From contig CAVXRD010000002.1 in the NCBI GenBank assembly GCA_963764165.1, forward strand, positions 2,176,001 through 2,240,000: a stretch of 64,000 bases of DNA. The letters are read 5' to 3'. Origin of the DNA: an uncultured Verrucomicrobiae bacterium (GTDB lineage: Bacteria; Verrucomicrobiota; Verrucomicrobiia; Limisphaerales; Palsa-1400). A program made the translations under genes and the position numbers. Under the pieces are notes generated by a model. The model was not told the DNA's origin. It searched no databases and was given only the letters and a program-made list of their open reading frames with translations. Position 1 is the first letter of the stretch. Each line of letters opens with the position of its first letter. Below, piece after piece: positions 19,234 through 30,067 of the stretch.

Positions 19234-20465
19234 GCATCCTGGCGATCATCGCGGCGTGCTGGGCCTGCTCCACCAACCGCAAAGCCATCAAATGGAAAAT
19301 CGTTGGCTGGGGGCTCGCCTTGCAACTGCTCTTCGCCATCCTCGTCTTAAAGTGGGATTGGGGCCAAAAAGCCATGGCGCACGCGGGGGACGCGGTCAGC
19401 AATTTGCTTGGCTACGCGAATGCAGGAGCGACGTTTGTGTTCGGTCCGCTGGCCGATGGAACCACCCAGCATAGCTTTGCGCTGGTGGAAAATTTGAAGC
19501 AGGGCGGGTTCGTGTTCGCATTTGTCATTCTGCCGACAATTATCTTCATGGCGGCGTTTTTCGCGGTGCTCTACCACTTCGGCATCATGCAAGCCATCAT
19601 CAAAGGCGCGGCGTGGATCATGACGCGGCTGATGGGCGTGAGCGGGGCGGAATCGCTCGACGTGGCCGCCAGCATTTTCATGGGGCAAACCGAAGCGCCG
19701 CTCACCATCCGCCCCTTCCTCGAAAAATTGACGAAGTCCGAAATGATGACGGTGATGACGGCTGGCATGGCGCACGTCAGCGGGGGAATTATGGCGGCTT
19801 ATGTCTTTCAAGGCGTGCAATTGAAGCATCTTCTCGGCGCGGTCATCATGACGGCGCCCGGAACACTGCTCATTTCCAAGATGCTCGTGCCCGAAACCGA
19901 AGTGCCGGTCAGCGGCAGCAAAATCCATTTGGAGGACGCGGACGAAACGAAGCGCGGCAATCTTCTCGGCGCGATTTCCCACGGCACAAGCGACGGCCTA
20001 AATTTGGCCATCAATGTCGCCGCCATGTTGATCGCATTCCTCTCATTAATCGCGCTGGTCAATGGCCTGATGGGCTGGGTGCATGTTCACTGGGACAAAT
20101 TCCCGGTGGATTTGCAAACAGTCCTAGGATGGCTTTTCGCGCCAATCGCGTGGCTGATCGGAATCCCTTGGAAAGACTCGCTCCACATCGGCAGCTTGCT
20201 GGGGATTCGAATGGTGGGGAATGAGCTGATTGCTTATGGCCAAATGAACGCGTGGCATGCCGACCTTGAAGCCCGCTCGATCACGATTGCGACCTTCGCC
20301 CTTTGCGGATTTGCGAACCTCAGTTCGATCGGGATTCAAATCGGCGGCATCGGCGCGCTGGCGCCTTCGCGAAAGGACGATCTGGCGAAACTCGGTTTCC
20401 GCGCCATGCTGGCCGGCACGATGGCCAATCTCATCTCCGCCGCCATTGTCAGCATGATGATATAA
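19209..20465 (+). CDS. nupC: Concentrative nucleoside transporter (CNT/NupC)
   Basis: GQTEAPL, NELIAY, FALCGFAN.SSIGIQIGG. Confidence 0.93.
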   Translation: MQQFTGILGILAIIAACWACSTNRKAIKWKIVGWGLALQLLFAILVLKWDWGQKAMAHAGDAVSNLLGYANAGATFVFGPLADGTTQHSFALVENLKQGGFVFAFVILPTIIFMAAFFAVLYHFGIMQAIIKGAAWIMTRLMGVSGAESLDVAASIFMGQTEAPLTIRPFLEKLTKSEMMTVMTAGMAHVSGGIMAAYVFQGVQLKHLLGAVIMTAPGTLLISKMLVPETEVPVSGSKIHLEDADETKRGNLLGAISHGTSDGLNLAINVAAMLIAFLSLIALVNGLMGWVHVHWDKFPVDLQTVLGWLFAPIAWLIGIPWKDSLHIGSLLGIRMVGNELIAYGQMNAWHADLEARSITIATFALCGFANLSSIGIQIGGIGALAPSRKDDLAKLGFRAMLAGTMANLISAAIVSMMI

Positions 20466-20472
20466 ATTTGTA

Positions 20473-21156
20473 CTATACAGCCGAGAGCAACTCGTTGCGG
20501 GCTTGAACCACGAGGACCATTTCGAGCGCGTCCGGCAATCGCTCGAACAACGGAGCAAGAATGTTCTCCATCTCGGCCGCGGTGACTTGCGTTCCGCGCC
20601 GCGCGGACTCGGCCAGCGCGCGCAATGTTTCCTGGGCGTAATAAAGGAGCGCCTGCCGAATTGGCAGCGAGTAAACTGCCAGCGTCAGGCCGAACACCAT
20701 GGTGTGCCAGCCATGAGCCTTGCCCGAATCCACCGCCGCCAAGTACCTTTGGACCTGGCGGTCGTCCCGCAGCGGGCGCAGGCGGGCCAGGTGCAGGCGG
20801 CCCATCTGGCGGCTCGGTTCGAGAAAAGGCGTGCCCGCCAAATCTTGGGCGAGACGATGATCGCGTTCGATTAATTCGCGTCCCTGGCCGCGCCTCGCGT
20901 GTTCGCAGGCGGCGACAATGGCGGGCCATTCGCACGGAAGCAGCAGCCGCGTCAGATAACCGTCAAGAAATTGGGAAAGAGAAGCCGGGCCGTCAACCAT
21001 TGCCGATGTGAATGGGTCGTGCGTTACGGTCATGACGCCAGGGGAGCCGACGTTGGTCAGGAGAGCGCGGAACTCATCATACAGGCTTTCCGCTTCGCTC
21101 CCGGCGGCATCCGTTGCCACAGTGCAACGGAATGCATTCTTTTCGTTGGGCGTCAT
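20473..21156 (-). CDS. UreF-like urease accessory family protein
   Basis: Helical protein with 'SRQMGR' and 'H..VFG' spacing recalled from UreF; no urease genes in the window. Confidence 0.55.
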   Translation of the reverse strand: MTPNEKNAFRCTVATDAAGSEAESLYDEFRALLTNVGSPGVMTVTHDPFTSAMVDGPASLSQFLDGYLTRLLLPCEWPAIVAACEHARRGQGRELIERDHRLAQDLAGTPFLEPSRQMGRLHLARLRPLRDDRQVQRYLAAVDSGKAHGWHTMVFGLTLAVYSLPIRQALLYYAQETLRALAESARRGTQVTAAEMENILAPLFERLPDALEMVLVVQARNELLSAV

Positions 21157-21305
21157 TAAGCGCTATGCAACCAAGATAGGGGCCGCCACGAGTCCGTCCA
21201 GTGGTAAAACTGCTCATGTCGAAACTTTTTAAGTTGCTTTTCCCGCGGCAACACGCGTCAGGCGGAATGCCACCTCGGGCAATTCACGAACGGCGCTTCT
21301 GCCCG

Positions 21306-24300
21306 TCAAGGTTTTCCTGGCAGGATCACCGTGACGCGTCCGACATATTTCGCAAGCAGCGGACCCCCGCGGTTCTGATCATCACCCGGATTTGTCGCAA
21401 TTGGAGCGGCATTTGCCTCCGCTTTCTGCGTATTGCCCGCTTGGGCGGATGCTGTCTGGCTGCTCGCGGTGGCGGTCGCCGTGGCAGGCAGGGCGGACTG
21501 CGCTCCGCCGCCGGACACGTTTTGCGCGAGGGCAACGCCGGTAAACGCGCCGCCGGCCACGTTGACGTTGCCAACGGCAATAATAGTCCCGCTGATCGAA
21601 CCGCCGCTGGTGACAAGCCCGACGGTGCCCCCGGCCACATCCGTCACGTCAATCGTGTTCCCGTAAATGACGGAATTTCCGGTGGAGATGAAAAGCCCAT
21701 TTACCTTGCCAGTCGCCTTGGCAACCGTATTGATGGAAATGACTCCCGAGTCGCCCGCGTCAATGTTTCCATTGTAAAGGACCTGGCCGTCCGGCCCAAA
21801 GGTTCCCGCCGACAACGTAACGGTCGGCGCGAGCGAGGTGTTGCCGTTCTCCGGCTGCTGCGTGATGCCCCCCACGCTGGCTTCAATATTTCCACGCGGC
21901 GTGAGGACCGTGATGTTGCCAGGCGCAAGGCTCGACGGTGAATCAGGCAGTGTCGTGGCCAGAATTCCGCTCCCGGCGATCGGCTGCTGCGGCGTGGTCA
22001 CTGTGGTGCCGTTGACATTCACTTCATTCACCAGGATTTCCTGCAAATTCCCGTTGCCGGCATTGACGTTGCCGGTGAGCGATTCCACAAAAACATTGCC
22101 GCCGTCGAATGTCGCGATGCGCGATCCGGCGATGTTGATGTTGCCGTCGGCGATGACCGTCACGTCGCTGTCCCCGGAAGTCCAGATGCCGTGCGGAACG
22201 TAGGGGGATTGAATCGGGAGATTCGCCAGGCCGGCATTAATGACGCCACCGACGTCTATATTAATCGCGCCGCCGTACCACGAGCTAATCTCTGAGGCGA
22301 ACATGTCAAGGTCGCCCGCGAGCTTGATGTTGATGGACGCCCCCGTGGATGCAATTTTTGCCAGCGCGTTATTAACGGCTGGGCCAACGGAGCTGATGCC
22401 TTGGGCCGCAACACCGAGATTCATCGACTGAGCGGTGATGCTTAATGCGCCCGGGCCGCCGATGACAATTCCCTGCGCGGCATTGGCGAGGCTGACAGAA
22501 TTCTGGCTCTGCGCATACAACGCCTGAATGGCCGAAATCAAGGCGGGCGAATTGGCGAAGGTCGCGGTGGTCGTCACGTAATCGCCGGAAGCGTTCAGTA
22601 TCGGCTGGCCGCCGGCGGTGTATGTCTTTTCCTTGAGCGTGCCGAGCAGGAGCGCTTCGACTGCCGAGCTCATAATCCCGTCGTAGCCCAGTTGATGGGT
22701 GTTCGGCAAATAGAACAGGCTCAAGCTCGGAAAAAGCTGTCCGCCATTCGGGGAACTTGGGCCGGAGCCGGGGACGACCGCATTCTGCAGGAGCTGCAAA
22801 ACGCTCGTCAGCGCCCCCGGATACAGCGGAGGCGGGGCATATAGCGACGTCGACAAAGTGACGAGCGCATAGGTGTTTTGATCAAAAATCTGCCCGGCCA
22901 CGTGAAAGAACGTCACGTCGCCGCTGTGCAAATTCTGGCCGCTGAAGCTCAAGTTGTTCATGCTGCCGCCGACGGTGACCTGGGTTTCCTTGGGTGAAAT
23001 GATGGTCACGTCGTCAAGATCTCCAGCTATGTTGAAAACAACCGGCTGGGAATTGTGGATTTGAATCGGAGTCGCGCCGTGGTTGTTCGCGAAATCAGTC
23101 TGGCCCTGCACCCAGCGGGTGGCGCTGCTATCGGACATGGCGAGCGTGAAGCCATTGCCCTCGAAACTCCCGGGCGGCGGCGAACCGGCTGCCGCGACCG
23201 TGCCAGCCGGGACAGTTGTATTGACAGTCAAATTGCCGTGGGCGGACGGGAAAAGCGTCAGACTGTTGCCGAGCGAAATGCCGCCTGCGCCCGCGTCAAT
23301 GGTCAGTGTCGGCGGATAAATAATGGGGACTAGCGCCGAAGAATCGCGCGGAACATCAGCGCCGACCAAATTCACGGCGCTGCCCGCGTCCAAGGTGACT
23401 GATGCGTAAGGGCTGTAATTGAAGATATTGTTTTGCGACGCGGCCGATCCAATGCCGCTGGCGTTCAACGCGCCGTTCGGATTTCGCACCTCCTGCAAAT
23501 TGATGCTGCCATTGGGCGCATTGACGACCCAGCTTCCCGTGGCCAGGCTCAAGGCCAGCAGCGAGCTGATGCTGGTGGACGAACCGGCGCTCCCGGTCAG
23601 CGCCGTAATCGTGCTCGGCACGACGACTCCGTTCTCCGTGCTGTTCGCCGCCACATAATGGCCGTAAACGCTTCCGCCAGCCGTGACCGTTACGACTCCC
23701 GGCTGCGTGCCGAACGCGCCCGAGCCTGCGTCAGTCGGGCTGGTGCTGGACCCGGTTGGAAGATAGCTGGTGACGTTTCCGCCCGCGGTAATGTTGACGT
23801 TGCCGCCTGCCGCCGTGCTGATGCCGCCCAGCAGCGACGAGACGCCACCCAAAAGGAAGGTGTAACCGTTTTGGTTCTGGCCCGCGTTCACGCTTCCGGT
23901 CACCGCATCCACGCTGACGTTTCCTCCGTTGAAGGTTGCGATTGCGCCGGTGCCTACGGTCACGGAATTTGCGGCCACAACGTTGATGGCCCCGTTTTGC
24001 GACTGCAACGTTCCACTGCCACTCAAGGTTACCGAGCCGGTGCCGGAAGCATTGACAGCGTTTTGGCTGGCAAACGTCGCGCCAGCCACCACATCCAGCG
24101 ACCAATCCTGTCCAGCCGTGATGCCTCCGCTCATGGTGACGTTGCCGGCTGCCTGCATGGTCAAGCTGGCGGGCGTGGTGCTGTCGGAAAGATTCCAGCC
24201 GGAGAAGCCGCCGAGGGTGATGTTCCCGCCCATCGCCTGCATGAGGATGTTGCCGCCCGCGGATGAGGAAAGACTTCCTGTCCCAATCGAAATCCCATTT

Positions 24301-25742
24301 CCGGCGATCAAGTTGATGCCGCCATTCTCCGACTGAACGCCTGCGCTGCCGGACATCGTGATATTGCCCGTGCCCGCGGTCACGCCCGTGGGCGTGTTGA
24401 AATTGGCGCCGGCGATCAGATTCAAGCTCCAGTTTTGCCCCAGGTTCAAGCGGTCACCGCTGTTGAACGTGATGTTGTTTCCGGCCTGCAGCGTAAGCGT
24501 CGTCGCGCTCGCGCTGTCGGGCAGAGTCCAGGTCGAGGCAAGCGTGATATTTCCCGAGGCTTGGAGAAGGATTTGCGAGAACGAATCCAGCGAATTGGGA
24601 TTCAAGGTCAAAGTCGAGGGCGACGAGCCTTCCGTCACGGTCCCAGAAGTGGCTGTTGAACCGGAAGTGCTAAGAGTGATGTTCACTGGGTCAATTGTCA
24701 GCCTGCCATCCGTCCAGCCCGCCTCGGCGCGCCCGTCGATTTGGGAATTGATCGCGCCGAGCTGCGACGCGGAAACTTCCACCTTGCCGCCGTTGCCACC
24801 CTGCGCCCCTCCGGCCACGCTGATGGATGAGTTGGCGGTATCCGAAAATGTCCCGCCGGATTTGATCGTGACTTGTCCGCCGGAACTCGTTCCCTGGGAG
24901 TCGCCCTGGGCGGAAATCGTCGATCCGTCTGTCAAGTTAACAGCCTGGCTGGCGACGATCTCGATGACGCCGTCTTTCTGCTGGACCGAGTTAGCCTGGA
25001 TGAATCCGCCTTGGTTCACGACCTGCGCGTTCAGCGCGATGGTGCCTGCATCGGCGATGAGCTTGCCGGTATTATCCACCGATCCTTCCGGCAGCGTCAC
25101 TTGAGCGCTGAAGCCGCGCCCATCGGCCCGGGAAGAAATTAGGACATCTTCGCCAGCATAGAGGCCAATTTTCCCTCCGGGCGCGGTGATGGTGCCATTG
25201 TTTTGGATGTCGCGGCTGATAAGAAACACGGAACCGTTTGGCCCGGCATTGATCTCGCCGTAATTGATGATGCTCGCTGTGGGAGGAGGCGCGGAAAAGT
25301 CCCACGAGCCGCCGCCGAACACGTTGAGCGGAACGGTGGGCGCGGTTGTCATGATCAGCCCAGCCGCGTTGATCACCGCATTGCCGCCCACGTAAAAGCC
25401 CGATTGATTCTGGAGAATGATGTAGCCGTTCGCGTCCAGATGCCCCAAAATTTGGGTGGGGTTCGGATCTGTAATATGGTTCCAAACCACCGAGGTCGAA
25501 GTGGGTTCGATAAACACGGTTGTTTGGTTCGCGCCGATATTGAAACTCGACCAGTTGATGACCGTGTTATTGCCCGTGTGGATCGTCGTTTGCGAGCCCG
25601 TTGTCGTGACGGTCGCGGAGCCTTGGGTGACAACCGGATGCGTCGGGTTGGCGAACACCAGGGCCGGTGCAGCCACGGCAGCCACCATCAGAAGGCGGCG
25701 GCCCCCCATTTTATTGAACGACCGATTTGAAAAATTTTGCAT
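21306..25742 (-). CDS. Filamentous-haemagglutinin-like TpsA exoprotein with DUF3739-like C-terminus (~1478 aa)
   Basis: Signal peptide; TPS domain (INWSSFNIG, ILGHLDANG, NQSG); G/N-rich beta-helix; C-terminal GGNVFVES..GNVNAGNG / GSGI..T / GNITVLTPRG / IDAGDSGV. Confidence 0.88.
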   Translation of the reverse strand: MQNFSNRSFNKMGGRRLLMVAAVAAPALVFANPTHPVVTQGSATVTTTGSQTTIHTGNNTVINWSSFNIGANQTTVFIEPTSTSVVWNHITDPNPTQILGHLDANGYIILQNQSGFYVGGNAVINAAGLIMTTAPTVPLNVFGGGSWDFSAPPPTASIINYGEINAGPNGSVFLISRDIQNNGTITAPGGKIGLYAGEDVLISSRADGRGFSAQVTLPEGSVDNTGKLIADAGTIALNAQVVNQGGFIQANSVQQKDGVIEIVASQAVNLTDGSTISAQGDSQGTSSGGQVTIKSGGTFSDTANSSISVAGGAQGGNGGKVEVSASQLGAINSQIDGRAEAGWTDGRLTIDPVNITLSTSGSTATSGTVTEGSSPSTLTLNPNSLDSFSQILLQASGNITLASTWTLPDSASATTLTLQAGNNITFNSGDRLNLGQNWSLNLIAGANFNTPTGVTAGTGNITMSGSAGVQSENGGINLIAGNGISIGTGSLSSSAGGNILMQAMGGNITLGGFSGWNLSDSTTPASLTMQAAGNVTMSGGITAGQDWSLDVVAGATFASQNAVNASGTGSVTLSGSGTLQSQNGAINVVAANSVTVGTGAIATFNGGNVSVDAVTGSVNAGQNQNGYTFLLGGVSSLLGGISTAAGGNVNITAGGNVTSYLPTGSSTSPTDAGSGAFGTQPGVVTVTAGGSVYGHYVAANSTENGVVVPSTITALTGSAGSSTSISSLLALSLATGSWVVNAPNGSINLQEVRNPNGALNASGIGSAASQNNIFNYSPYASVTLDAGSAVNLVGADVPRDSSALVPIIYPPTLTIDAGAGGISLGNSLTLFPSAHGNLTVNTTVPAGTVAAAGSPPPGSFEGNGFTLAMSDSSATRWVQGQTDFANNHGATPIQIHNSQPVVFNIAGDLDDVTIISPKETQVTVGGSMNNLSFSGQNLHSGDVTFFHVAGQIFDQNTYALVTLSTSLYAPPPLYPGALTSVLQLLQNAVVPGSGPSSPNGGQLFPSLSLFYLPNTHQLGYDGIMSSAVEALLLGTLKEKTYTAGGQPILNASGDYVTTTATFANSPALISAIQALYAQSQNSVSLANAAQGIVIGGPGALSITAQSMNLGVAAQGISSVGPAVNNALAKIASTGASINIKLAGDLDMFASEISSWYGGAINIDVGGVINAGLANLPIQSPYVPHGIWTSGDSDVTVIADGNINIAGSRIATFDGGNVFVESLTGNVNAGNGNLQEILVNEVNVNGTTVTTPQQPIAGSGILATTLPDSPSSLAPGNITVLTPRGNIEASVGGITQQPENGNTSLAPTVTLSAGTFGPDGQVLYNGNIDAGDSGVISINTVAKATGKVNGLFISTGNSVIYGNTIDVTDVAGGTVGLVTSGGSISGTIIAVGNVNVAGGAFTGVALAQNVSGGGAQSALPATATATASSQTASAQAGNTQKAEANAAPIATNPGDDQNRGGPLLAKYVGRVTVILPGKP

Positions 25743-25853
25743 ATGACGTCTGACGTGTCGAATCGCCAGACTATCCTGTCCCCGGCCACGCAGGAAGGGC
25801 GGCAATGTTAATTTTGCGTGACGAACACCGCCACCGATTTGGAACCCTTGATT

Positions 25854-26082
25854 GGCCACAGATGGACACAGATCAACACAGATAAAAACAATGGAGACAA
25901 AGCACAACGCGGAGACCGCGCGGGTTGTTCGACAAAATTCGTCATGCGCCTTTTCTTCGTTATCTTTGTGTCCTTTTGTTCAATGCCTTCTAGTCTTCTG
26001 TTCGCGGCACCGGCCGGGGAAAGCCGGGTTCACCCAATCGATTCATCAGAAAATCTGTGTTGATCTGTGTCAATCTGTGGCT
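25854..26082. repeat. Inverted ACACAGAT-family repeat pair between tpsB and tpsA
   Basis: GCCACAGATGGACACAGATCAACACAGAT ... ATCTGTGTTGATCTGTGTCAATCTGTGGC. Confidence 0.8.
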
Positions 26083-26090
26083 TGTCTTCA

Positions 26091-27989
26091 TCAGAATTGG
26101 GCTGTCAACGAAAACGCTATTCGCACCTGATACGCTTCCGTGTATGGCGTGCTCAAGAACGGCCACGCAAAGGAGAGCATCCCGCTGAAGTGATTCCCCA
26201 ACGACGCGGCGCCGGCGAATCCCGCACCCCACAGTGGGATCGCGGATTGGCGGCTGCCGGGATCGAGGAGATAGGTGTCTGCGTAGTCCATGAAGAATGA
26301 TGAACGCACCACCAAAGGCCGCTTCGTCCCCCCGCCCACATATCCAATTCGATAGGGCGGCAGTTTTAATTCCGACGTCGCCCGCCAGCCTGTATCGCCA
26401 AACACTTCGCCTTCGCGATAGCCACGCACACCGGCTATGCCGCCCCCGCCGAATTCCTCGTTGCTTATCAACGGCTCGCTTGCCCATTGCCCGTCCAGGC
26501 GCAGCGCCAGTTTCCATTCATGCGGCAGTGGCTGATCGCGGCTGAGGTAGCCCGTCACGACATGCCAGAAACCGCTTGATTGCGTTGAGCCGGTAATCTC
26601 CTCCAGATTACTCCGGCTGCTGGACATCCAGATATTTGGGCTGTAGCTCAATCCCGCGCCCGAAAGGCCCGCGGGATCCGGACGGGTTCCGTCCCACCGA
26701 AACGTGAGCGGCAGGTAACTGATGCCGTGGCGGGATGCAGGAACAGGCGATGGGATCGTGGATGTCCGGTTGGTGGGCGTGTTATTTTCAGTTATCAGAT
26801 ACTCAGTGATAATCGTGTCATTGGTCGCGAATGCGACTTGCTTGAAGTATTTGAAGTCGAATCCCGCCTGCGCATGGCTGTGGATCCCAAAAAACTCCTG
26901 CAATGGCTTCGTATAACGCATGCCAATGGCGTCATTGTAGGTCAAATCCTGCTGGATAAGCTGGCGGTTGATGCTGCTGGTTCCATTGGACGAACCGCTC
27001 CCGCCAGTGGCGATATTCATGTAGGGGCCGTAGGTCAGGCCGGAATCAATCGTCGAGCCGCTGGCGTAAAAGTTCAATTCTGACGCGCCCGTCGGCCCGG
27101 GAAGGACGAATTTCCGCGTGGCTTCGTTGTAGCCGAAGTCGCTCGCGCTTCTGATCGAATCTTCCGCCACCGAATCGACCTGCGACAGCGGCATGCAATA
27201 GAAGAAACTGTAGTTGGCCACCTGGGGCTGGTCGTAGGGATTCCAACTGCCGCCCTGTTTGAAATCCTGCTCGGAAAAAGTGTATTGCAAGCCAATGGAA
27301 TGATCCAATTGCCAAAGATTGTCATAGGCGGCGGACGCGGCGAGACGCATATCAGGCGTGCCCGGCGAGCTCTGGTTGTTGGCCTCAAGTTTCCCGTGGA
27401 GAGGCAATTGATCCTTCACCCGCAAAACAAGCGACGTGGTGTCCGGGTCTGGACCGGGGTGGATTTCCGGATAGATCTGGCGATCCTTGTCCTGGTTGGC
27501 CATGTCCAAAACCGGCTGCATGAGCTTGCTGTTCAAATACATGTTTGTCGTCAAGCCGGGAAGCGCGCGCATCACATTATTGGAACTAAAGAAGCGATTG
27601 CCCGACACCTTGATTTCGGCGAGCTTTCCCTCAAACACCCGCAGCCGGAACACGCCGTTGGTCAGCTTCTGCTGCGGAACGGTCACACTGATGGTGTCGT
27701 AACCGCGATCGTGGTATTCCAATTGCAATTCTTTCACAGCGGCGGCCACTTCGACAAACGTGATGTTCGTTCCAATGTGCTTGGAGGTGATTTTGCTCAC
27801 CGCGGTTTGCGGCAGCAGGGTGTTTCCCAATACTTCGTACTTATCCACCGCAAAATGCATTGGGGGCGGCGCGTTGGTGTCGGCCGCCCGCGCTGTCATA
27901 CAAACGAACGACGCGGTTGCGGCCAGCGCCATCAAGCGCCGCAGCAAGACAAGACACCGGCCCGGTTGGAGGATGTTCGGGGGAAGCAT
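26091..27989 (-). CDS. ShlB/FhaC/HecB-family TpsB outer-membrane transporter
   Basis: POTRA (YEVLGNTLL, YHDRGY, VPQQKL..G...RVFEG); VRGY motif; C-terminal F. Confidence 0.9.
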   Translation of the reverse strand: MLPPNILQPGRCLVLLRRLMALAATASFVCMTARAADTNAPPPMHFAVDKYEVLGNTLLPQTAVSKITSKHIGTNITFVEVAAAVKELQLEYHDRGYDTISVTVPQQKLTNGVFRLRVFEGKLAEIKVSGNRFFSSNNVMRALPGLTTNMYLNSKLMQPVLDMANQDKDRQIYPEIHPGPDPDTTSLVLRVKDQLPLHGKLEANNQSSPGTPDMRLAASAAYDNLWQLDHSIGLQYTFSEQDFKQGGSWNPYDQPQVANYSFFYCMPLSQVDSVAEDSIRSASDFGYNEATRKFVLPGPTGASELNFYASGSTIDSGLTYGPYMNIATGGSGSSNGTSSINRQLIQQDLTYNDAIGMRYTKPLQEFFGIHSHAQAGFDFKYFKQVAFATNDTIITEYLITENNTPTNRTSTIPSPVPASRHGISYLPLTFRWDGTRPDPAGLSGAGLSYSPNIWMSSSRSNLEEITGSTQSSGFWHVVTGYLSRDQPLPHEWKLALRLDGQWASEPLISNEEFGGGGIAGVRGYREGEVFGDTGWRATSELKLPPYRIGYVGGGTKRPLVVRSSFFMDYADTYLLDPGSRQSAIPLWGAGFAGAASLGNHFSGMLSFAWPFLSTPYTEAYQVRIAFSLTAQF

Positions 27990-28005
27990 TGGGAAATTTA
28001 GTGGA

Positions 28006-28845
28006 TCATGCGCGAACGGCTCCGCCAGCAAGCCGCTGCCGGCGCCATTGCCCGGGGCTGACGCCGAAATGGCGCTTGAACAATTCGCTAAAAACGCTGC
28101 TGGATTGGTAGCCGCTCTCGAGCGCGATCTCCACCACTTTGGCGTCTGAGTTGGCCAGCAATTCGCAGGCCCGCGCAAGGCGCAGTTCGATCTGCTTCTC
28201 CCGGAACGAGGTCCCGAGCTCCGTGCGGAACAGACGGTTCAAATGGCGCGGGCTGCACGAAATCATGGGCGCCAATTGAGACAATGACAACTCGACAAAT
28301 TCGGAGGCCGCCATGCCGTTCATGATTTTGCGAAATCGCTCGCGCCCATCTTTCCAGGGCGTTTGCGCCGGCAATTCCAATTCTCCCTGCCACTCGAAGG
28401 CGCCGGTGAAAAGCTGCAGCAGGCGCAGGCGCTGCGCGGAATCTGGAGCGGCGGAACCCGCTTGAAGTTTTGCGCACCCGGCCGCCAGCAGACTCTCCGG
28501 GGAATGAACCCGCGCGGCGTGGGATTTGTGGCGGGCGGCCTGCTTGAGAAAATGCTGCTCCGACAGGCTGAGCAGGCCGGACAGCTTTTCCGTGTCAATA
28601 CAATAATGTGTGATTTCAACTTCGCTAAGCTGGCTGGCCCGCCATGTGCCGCGAACCTCCGCCGAGGCGACCACGGCCGAACCCGGCTCGATCTCCCGCA
28701 CTTCATTTTGATCGTGCCAGTAGCTGAAGCCATTTTCGATGAATGCGACGCACCAACCCCGGAAAGAGGGCCTCCATTCCCCGCCCTTTGGAAGCCGGAT
28801 TTTGTTCAGCACCAGGTGCGGCTCGAATTGCGGTCGTGATCTCAT
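28006..28845 (-). CDS. AraC-family transcriptional regulator
   Basis: SPRHLNRLFR...RLARACELL...IALESGY...FSELFKRHFGVSPGQWR. Start may be TTG 28929. Confidence 0.9.
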   Translation of the reverse strand: MRSRPQFEPHLVLNKIRLPKGGEWRPSFRGWCVAFIENGFSYWHDQNEVREIEPGSAVVASAEVRGTWRASQLSEVEITHYCIDTEKLSGLLSLSEQHFLKQAARHKSHAARVHSPESLLAAGCAKLQAGSAAPDSAQRLRLLQLFTGAFEWQGELELPAQTPWKDGRERFRKIMNGMAASEFVELSLSQLAPMISCSPRHLNRLFRTELGTSFREKQIELRLARACELLANSDAKVVEIALESGYQSSSVFSELFKRHFGVSPGQWRRQRLAGGAVRA

Positions 28846-28936
28846 GCGGCGCAGTTTCACAGAGGCAAATGGCGATTTGATTGCGGAATTGTTAAAATCG
28901 TGGAACGAAGTATTCCCATTGTTTTGCAATCAAGCA

Positions 28937-29359
28937 CTAGTTTGCGCTTTGTGTCGCCAATCCAATCTTGGTGATTTCCAGTTGCTGCAATGCGTCCAGC
29001 ACTTTGATCATGGCCTGGTATTCCACGTTGTCAGAACCTTTGACGACGATCTTTGGATCCGGGTCATCGGCCTTGATGGCGCGCAGCTTTTCCTTTAGTT
29101 GACTGTCTGGAACGACCACATCGTTGAGCGTAATTTGCCCCTTGTCGTCGACCGCGATGCGATTGATTCTTGGCTGCGGCGCGTTGGGGTTGGCGGGCGG
29201 CGGCTTGCCGGACGGCAGCGCCATTTCCAGGCTGTTGACCATCTGCGGCGTGGTGATGATGAAAATGACCAGCAGCACGAACACCAAATCCAGCAGCGGC
29301 GTGATGTTCAATTCATTCAACGTGCTGTGGCCGCGTTTGGATGTTTTTTTCAAGCTCAT
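28937..29359 (-). CDS. exbD: ExbD/TolR biopolymer transport protein
   Basis: ELNITPLLDLVFVLLVIFIITTP. Confidence 0.9.
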   Translation of the reverse strand: MSLKKTSKRGHSTLNELNITPLLDLVFVLLVIFIITTPQMVNSLEMALPSGKPPPANPNAPQPRINRIAVDDKGQITLNDVVVPDSQLKEKLRAIKADDPDPKIVVKGSDNVEYQAMIKVLDALQQLEITKIGLATQSAN

Positions 29360-30048
29360 GGCGAAACGGCCTCCGTGGCGACGACATCGAATCTGACCAA
29401 AACGCGGCCAGGGAAATGAGCGGGCGGAGCGCGGTCCATGCCTGGCGTTCTGGCCAGCGCCTGCTTTACCGAATCATCCCAGCGCTTGTTGCCTGAGGTC
29501 TTTTTCCAGACCGGATCGCTGATTCTTCCCGTTGAGTCGACGCTGACTTCCACTTCAGCGACAAAATTGTGGTCGTCGAGGCCGTCGGGGCGGTCCCATC
29601 GCGAACGGAGCGCATATTCCACCAAGCCCTTGTAGATTTGCACGGGATCGGAGGAAGTTTCGACGGCCTTGCCGCCTTCAAAAGCGAACGATGGAACGTC
29701 CACCGCCGCCGGGGCCACTGTCGCCGGAGCGGCGCCAACATTGGCAGGTGGCGGTGCGGCTGCGGGCGCGACCGTTTTCGGCGCTTCTTCGATTCTGGGC
29801 GCCTGAACGACTTTGGGGGGCTCGGCCTTCGGTGGTTCTTCCTTCGGTTTTTCCGGCTCCTTCGGCTTTTCTGGCGGCTTTTCCTTGACCATCTCGACCG
29901 CAATTTTCTTGAACTGCTTTCCCAGCAAGCCTTCCCGCGCGGCGAAAAAGAGCAGCACAATCACGATGGCCCCGTGAAAAGCGGCGGAGAACAGCAGATT
30001 CACTTTCGTGCTGTTTCGTGCTTTGCGTTGCTGTGAGCCTGGAGTCAT
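29356..30048 (-). CDS. TonB/TolA-like energy transducer
   Basis: N-terminal TM with S..FH, Pro/Lys/Glu-rich linker, TonB_C-like domain (SGNKRWDDSV). Confidence 0.8.
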   Translation of the reverse strand: MTPGSQQRKARNSTKVNLLFSAAFHGAIVIVLLFFAAREGLLGKQFKKIAVEMVKEKPPEKPKEPEKPKEEPPKAEPPKVVQAPRIEEAPKTVAPAAAPPPANVGAAPATVAPAAVDVPSFAFEGGKAVETSSDPVQIYKGLVEYALRSRWDRPDGLDDHNFVAEVEVSVDSTGRISDPVWKKTSGNKRWDDSVKQALARTPGMDRAPPAHFPGRVLVRFDVVATEAVSP

Positions 30049-30067
30049 TTTCTCGGAAAGCGATCAG

